DNA of 64,000 nucleotides, taken from NCBI GenBank assembly GCA_040954595.2, contig CM082580.2:1974783-2038782 (forward strand). The letters run 5' to 3'. Both the position numbers and the translations under genes were made by a program. The first letter of the stretch is position 1. Every line of letters begins with the position of its first letter. Below the pieces are notes generated by a model. That model saw nothing but the letters and a program-made list of their open reading frames with translations. It did not search any database and had not been told where the DNA came from. Positions 59,701-64,000 of this stretch are shown here, piece by piece. This DNA is from Balanoglossus misakiensis (taxonomy: Eukaryota > Animalia > Hemichordata).

Positions 59701-60515
59701 GGAATTGGGGAGACATCCTATCAGAATATATATTGACATGCAAATATTAAGATTTTGGTTTCGATGCATCAGTGCTGATTGCCCACTCATTGTTAGAAAC
59801 TGCTATGAATATCAATATGATCGTGCTGAAAAGGGATACGATTGCTTAGCATTGTACATTAAAAACATTCTATGTAGAAATGGCTTTTCAGAAATTTGAT
59901 TAAATCCTCATAGTGTTAATAGTAATATTTTTCTTCAGCAATTTAAACAGAGGTGTTATGATGTTTCCACACAAGAATGGTATTCGGATATATGTAATAG
60001 CTCTAAATTAACGACATACTGTAAATTTAAACATAACTTAACCTGTGAGATATACCTTTGCTGTATTTCAAATCGCATATATAGAAATGCCCTTTCTCGT
60101 TTTAGAGTATCATCTCATCGTCTTTCTATTGAAAAGGGTAGAAAGGGTGGAATCCCCCAAGAAAAAAGGTTATGTCCATTTGGTTGTAATTCTATAGAGG
60201 ACGAATATCATTTTGCACTAGTATGTCCAAAATATGAAGCTATTAGGAGAAAATTTCTTAATAGATTTTACTACACATCTGCGAGTGAATGGAAATTTTT
60301 GCTTCTTATGCAATCAAAAAATCCGCATGTACTGGAAAATTTTGGAAAATATCTTTTTTATTTATTTAAAAAGCGTGAAAGTCTTGTAACAGAGTGATGA
60401 CAGAGAAGAGAATGAGCTTCATTGTCACAGTTGGCGACTGATACTGTTTCTTTCTGTAAAAATGAGATTGTACATAAAGGCTGGTGGCCTAAAGTACTGA
60501 ATAAAGCTTATTATA
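56729..60515 (+). mobile_element. 5'-truncated RTE-X-like LINE inserted in a Kolobok-like MITE (56560-60543)
   Basis: APE tail (NDY..SDH), KAPGLDG, NYRSI, DFEKAFD, LYADD and CPFGC..EDEYHFALVC; AATAAA plus TTA tail; 12-bp TSD TAAATTGGAGGT (56717-56728, 60516-60527). Confidence 0.9.
56899..57802. mobile_element. Second copy (inverted) of the 904-bp non-autonomous Crypton
   Basis: Near-identical reverse complement of 33924-34827; removal restores the LINE frame (QGYVADN|YNTHSL). Confidence 0.9.
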
Positions 60516-61174
60516 TAAATTGGAGGTTACTGTATACCTTTAAGGTTTTTATTGGCATCTGTCATGCATGCAGCAACCATTTCATTCCGTGCTAAAACCA
60601 GACTATTGTGACTATCTTTTTTCTTGTATCCACTTTTGTTGCAAAAAAATATCAGCTGATGTATGATGGGAGTCATGGTGCATTTGTGATCTCTTGTGTG
60701 TTGTTACTTTGTATCCAATTAAGCAAATATTTTGCAAAACAAACAACTTTTTATGCAGTGTTGAAGTATAGTGATTTTCTGCAGAAATTCATTTTCATTA
60801 ACGCTTGACATGTTGGTGTTCCTTGCATGGATTTTAGTTGCAGATCCATTCCCATAATCATTGTCAGAAGTTGCCCATTTTTTAGGACATTGCATCTACA
60901 AAAATTAAATCCTGTTAGTCAACATGTCAATATTGAACAGAAAATGAGTGGTCTTCTTCAGATAGATAACAATATTTTTAGTATTGTATTGTAAGTATGG
61001 TCGTGTCCTACTCTAAACAGTGGTGGTGCTGTCACAACAAAGGTGTGTGGATATTGGCATTATCAGTGCAGTGGTTAGCTTGTCATTCTGAGTCAGGTCA
61101 TTGACATTTGCATTGCATAATGTGGCATTAGACAGAAAGAAATTAAATTTTATGCAAATTGCAGTGAAGCACTT

Positions 61175-61490
61175 TGTATTATAACACACCATGCAGTGAA
61201 CCCTCGATCGTGATTCGTCAAAACGCCGTCACGTGACCTTAGTCATTTCGAACTGTTCCTTAGGGCATCAGTTCGATTGATTTCTGCCCAGTACTGTTGC
61301 CTGGATGTGCTGTGTGTTGTGTTTGGTGTGTTATAAAACACATGATGACTGACATATTCGGGCAACAGTGTATTTTTGATTACCTCGGGACTGCCAGTCA
61401 CACCAAAACAAGACTGTTTTAGTTGTGACTAGCAGCGCCCTCGGTCATCAAAATACACTGTTGCCCTCATTGTCAGTCATCATGTGTATA
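61175..61490. mobile_element. Crypton-like non-autonomous element: IR-bounded body plus ~155-bp imperfect hairpin
   Basis: TTATAACACACC..GGTGTGTTATAA (~61179-61336), then ACACATGATGACTGACA..TGTCAGTCATCATGTGT. Confidence 0.55.
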
Positions 61491-62015
61491 CTGTGATATT
61501 GTTCCACAGGCGAACAATTGATGAGAGAAACCACTATTTGGAGCGTATGCATGGTAGTTGCAAAATTTTTGAGTGGAGTCTCTGTTACTACCTCTGTAGG
61601 TCACACCCAAATTCAATTGACTCTTTTTGACAAAGTTGCATTATATTGTACCCATGTATTATAATGTTAGTATGGGTATCGGTTCCAAGGAACACGTTTT
61701 TTATACAGTATCTAACCTACAGTTTGTTGTATAATTGTTGTGAAACAGATGAAAATGTTACAGAGATGTTGTACTTCAGTTTTCTTCAATAAAGACATAT
61801 TGTTTGATCAAATATGGTGTGCTACTGGTAGGTTATATTTTTCTAAACCATATTTACACTGCGCTGTACATACTATAGGAAGGAGAACAAGAAATTGCGG
61901 TTGATGCAGGAGCTCTGAAAATGCAATTTTCTCATACATTGTGTAATATTACCAAGGATAGACGGAATAGTTATGACAAAGCTTAACATGTGTCTTCCCT
62001 TTAGTACAGTCCATG

Positions 62016-63365
62016 CTAATTTGGGCTGATTATGCGGAGAGCTTTAATGTTCAACTCAATTCCATGATTGTCAGAGACCCAGTCTGGTGAGATTGCTCTG
62101 GCCAATGCAATCTGACATCTCTGAGATAGGTGACATGCTGGTTGGTCTATTATAGGCCTAGGGTCATCATTTCCATCTTCATTTAAGATGCCTTCCACAC
62201 CATAATATTCAATGTCATCTGGTGCTAGATGTATGCCAGTGGGATTTTGAAACTGGCCTGCAACAAATAGGCGTAGGGGGGAATACCTAGTTGTCCTCAT
62301 ACGGTGGCGTGACCAGGCTTGCCTCCACATCTCCAATTTCTTGTTAATTCTGTCAAAGTACACACAATGCAAGGCAGCTATATGTCGATCATCTAAAGGA
62401 TCTAATAGTCCTTCATCTTCCAAAAAGTAGAATAGTTGGTGATATAGACTCAACACTCCTTCATAAACATCTCTCCATAGCCGTTCAATCCTTTGGTTAT
62501 GGACGCTCTTCCCGGTGATCATGCTTCCTCGATTTGTTCCCCTTTTCTCTAACACGTAATCAGCAATCAAGACATTCTCCATCCCTTTGTCACTTCTAAC
62601 ACGATTTGGTAAACCGTAATTGGCCACTCCGGATTTAAAACTTTGCAAAAGCGTGGAAGCCTTGTTGTTGTTGTGACACATTAGGACCACTGGAAGACGA
62701 CTGAATCCATCGATAGCTCCAAATACAACCAGGTTCCAACGTATCAGTTTATGGTTTGTGTCAATGTGCCACAACTCATTTGGGCCACGAACATTGTAAA
62801 CTCTCCTCTGCAACCTTCCCCTCTGCCTTGCCTCAACACCTTCCTGATCAACCCTATGAATGCTATCTCTCAATCTCATGCGTTGAATTTTTATGTTTCT
62901 TTCCAGAAGCAGTTGCTTTAACAGGTTTTCACCACAATAGGGAAATTCTCTTGTCAAATGTTTCACATGAGAATCCAGTTCATCATCATCTACAACAGTA
63001 AAATTTCTTTTACTTAAATCGTACCGTAGCATGCGTCGATAAATTTTTCTCTCTGACACAGCCAGCATAGATGCTATTTCTTTGATAGTAAAATCCTCAT
63101 CCAAAAGATTTTCCAACACATATTTCGCGATTAGAAATTCAGGAACCCCACACGTCAGTCCAATTCTGCTTGGGGCTTGGCCTCCATACGTGCAGCAAGC
63201 AATCCTTAACACCATCATATCCTTTCTACTGTGTACACCAAGATATTCCAGTTCAGGAACTGTCAACTTGGAGACTATGTCCGGTGTTATCTTCTCCTTT
63301 TCAAATTTTCCTTTGCAAGAGCCAAGATTGAGACTCAGGAGTATTTCGAACATAGGCATTTCCAT
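62016..63365 (-). CDS. Intact DDE integrase/transposase (IS3/IS481-like, IS3EU-type) with N-terminal SAM-like and HTH domains, 449 aa
   Basis: WHIDTNHKL (D), RSDKGMEN (D) and NQRIERLW (E); [22 protein letters not shown]; no stops. Confidence 0.88.
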   Translation of the reverse strand: MEMPMFEILLSLNLGSCKGKFEKEKITPDIVSKLTVPELEYLGVHSRKDMMVLRIACCTYGGQAPSRIGLTCGVPEFLIAKYVLENLLDEDFTIKEIASMLAVSERKIYRRMLRYDLSKRNFTVVDDDELDSHVKHLTREFPYCGENLLKQLLLERNIKIQRMRLRDSIHRVDQEGVEARQRGRLQRRVYNVRGPNELWHIDTNHKLIRWNLVVFGAIDGFSRLPVVLMCHNNNKASTLLQSFKSGVANYGLPNRVRSDKGMENVLIADYVLEKRGTNRGSMITGKSVHNQRIERLWRDVYEGVLSLYHQLFYFLEDEGLLDPLDDRHIAALHCVYFDRINKKLEMWRQAWSRHRMRTTRYSPLRLFVAGQFQNPTGIHLAPDDIEYYGVEGILNEDGNDDPRPIIDQPACHLSQRCQIALARAISPDWVSDNHGIELNIKALRIISPN

Positions 63366-63637
63366 GTCTGCTTGATATATCCTCAGCTATCCAGGGAAAA
63401 CTATTAGGTGATTGCAGATCAAGTGCAGAACAGCTGATCAATGATAGAGGGCAGGCTAAAATGCGTTTCCAGTCATGATGGTGAATGTTATATGTTAATA
63501 GTTTAAGTCAGCAGCCCATCCAAGTGACATTAATCATAAGTATGGTGTTTGATATTTATCATAATGCTGTTTGCAATAGTAATATTGAAGTAAAGTCAAA
63601 GTCTTTATAAAGTTCATATATGTACAATTGCATTTGG

Positions 63638-64000
63638 CCATAGTAATAATGGTGTTTGGTCATAAGCATAGTGGGGTCTGTCATAGTATTAAAGGTGTTT
63701 GATTATAAGCATAGTGGAGTCTGTCATAGTATTAAAGGTGTTTGATCATAAGCATAGTGGGGTCTGTCATAGTATTAAAGGTGTTTGGTCATAAGCATAA
63801 TAGAGTTTGCCATAGTAAGAATGGTGTTTGGTTATAAGCATAGTGAAGTCTGTTAAAGTAATCACTATGTTTGGTCATAAGCATAATAAAGTTTGCCATA
63901 GTAAGAATGGTGTTTGGTTATAAGCATAGTAAAGTCTGTTAAAGTAATCACTATGTTTGGTCATAAGCATAAAAGTGTTTGCCATAGTAATAATAGTGTT
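63638..64000 (-). repeat. Inverted copy of the 43-bp array (right TIR of the IS3EU-like element), truncated by the window edge
   Basis: Reverse complement of the C, A and B units in mirrored order relative to ~42900-43280. Confidence 0.92.

Larger units (their letters stand above)
42582..64000. mobile_element. Large IS3EU-like DNA transposon with satellite inverted termini; right end lies beyond the window
   Basis: Begins TATGGAACGCCA. The 43-bp array at ~42632-43445 is mirrored at ~63638-64000. Encloses convergent HECT and DDE integrase genes. Confidence 0.7.

Noticed and set aside
62016-63365. Bacterial IS3 or retroviral integrase from contamination or an LTR element
   Set aside because: No LTRs, gag or RT are linked to it, and it is embedded with an intron-containing partner gene inside eukaryotic TIRs.

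Overview
Eukaryotic (metazoan, probably marine invertebrate) genomic DNA made almost entirely of nested mobile elements around one host gene. From left to right: a decayed Polinton/adintovirus fragment (protein-primed PolB plus a truncated packaging ATPase); an AcademH-type RecQ helicase and transposase pair; an intact but divergent 9-exon GAPDH paralog with a satellite-bearing foldback in intron 2; a Crypton tyrosine-recombinase element that splits a ~6-kb decayed Mutator/NOF-like polyprotein (PHD, DDE, USP deubiquitinase, Ulp1 SUMO protease, ParB/Srx-like); hairpin-bearing non-autonomous Cryptons; TATGG..CCATA palindromic elements with 6-bp TSDs; a THAP/DDE_Tnp_4 (ISL2EU/Harbinger-like) transposase; and a >21-kb IS3EU-like element. 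That last element has 43-bp-satellite inverted termini and convergent SAM-HECT E3 ligase and SAM-integrase genes, and is itself invaded by LINEs, Cryptons and MITEs. The most interesting candidates are the two transposon-borne ubiquitin/SUMO enzyme systems, a conserved GA-GC(C)-loop-(G)GC-GA cap on Crypton hairpins, and the GAPDH with an altered Rossmann motif. All family assignments come from reading motifs by eye; no database search was run.
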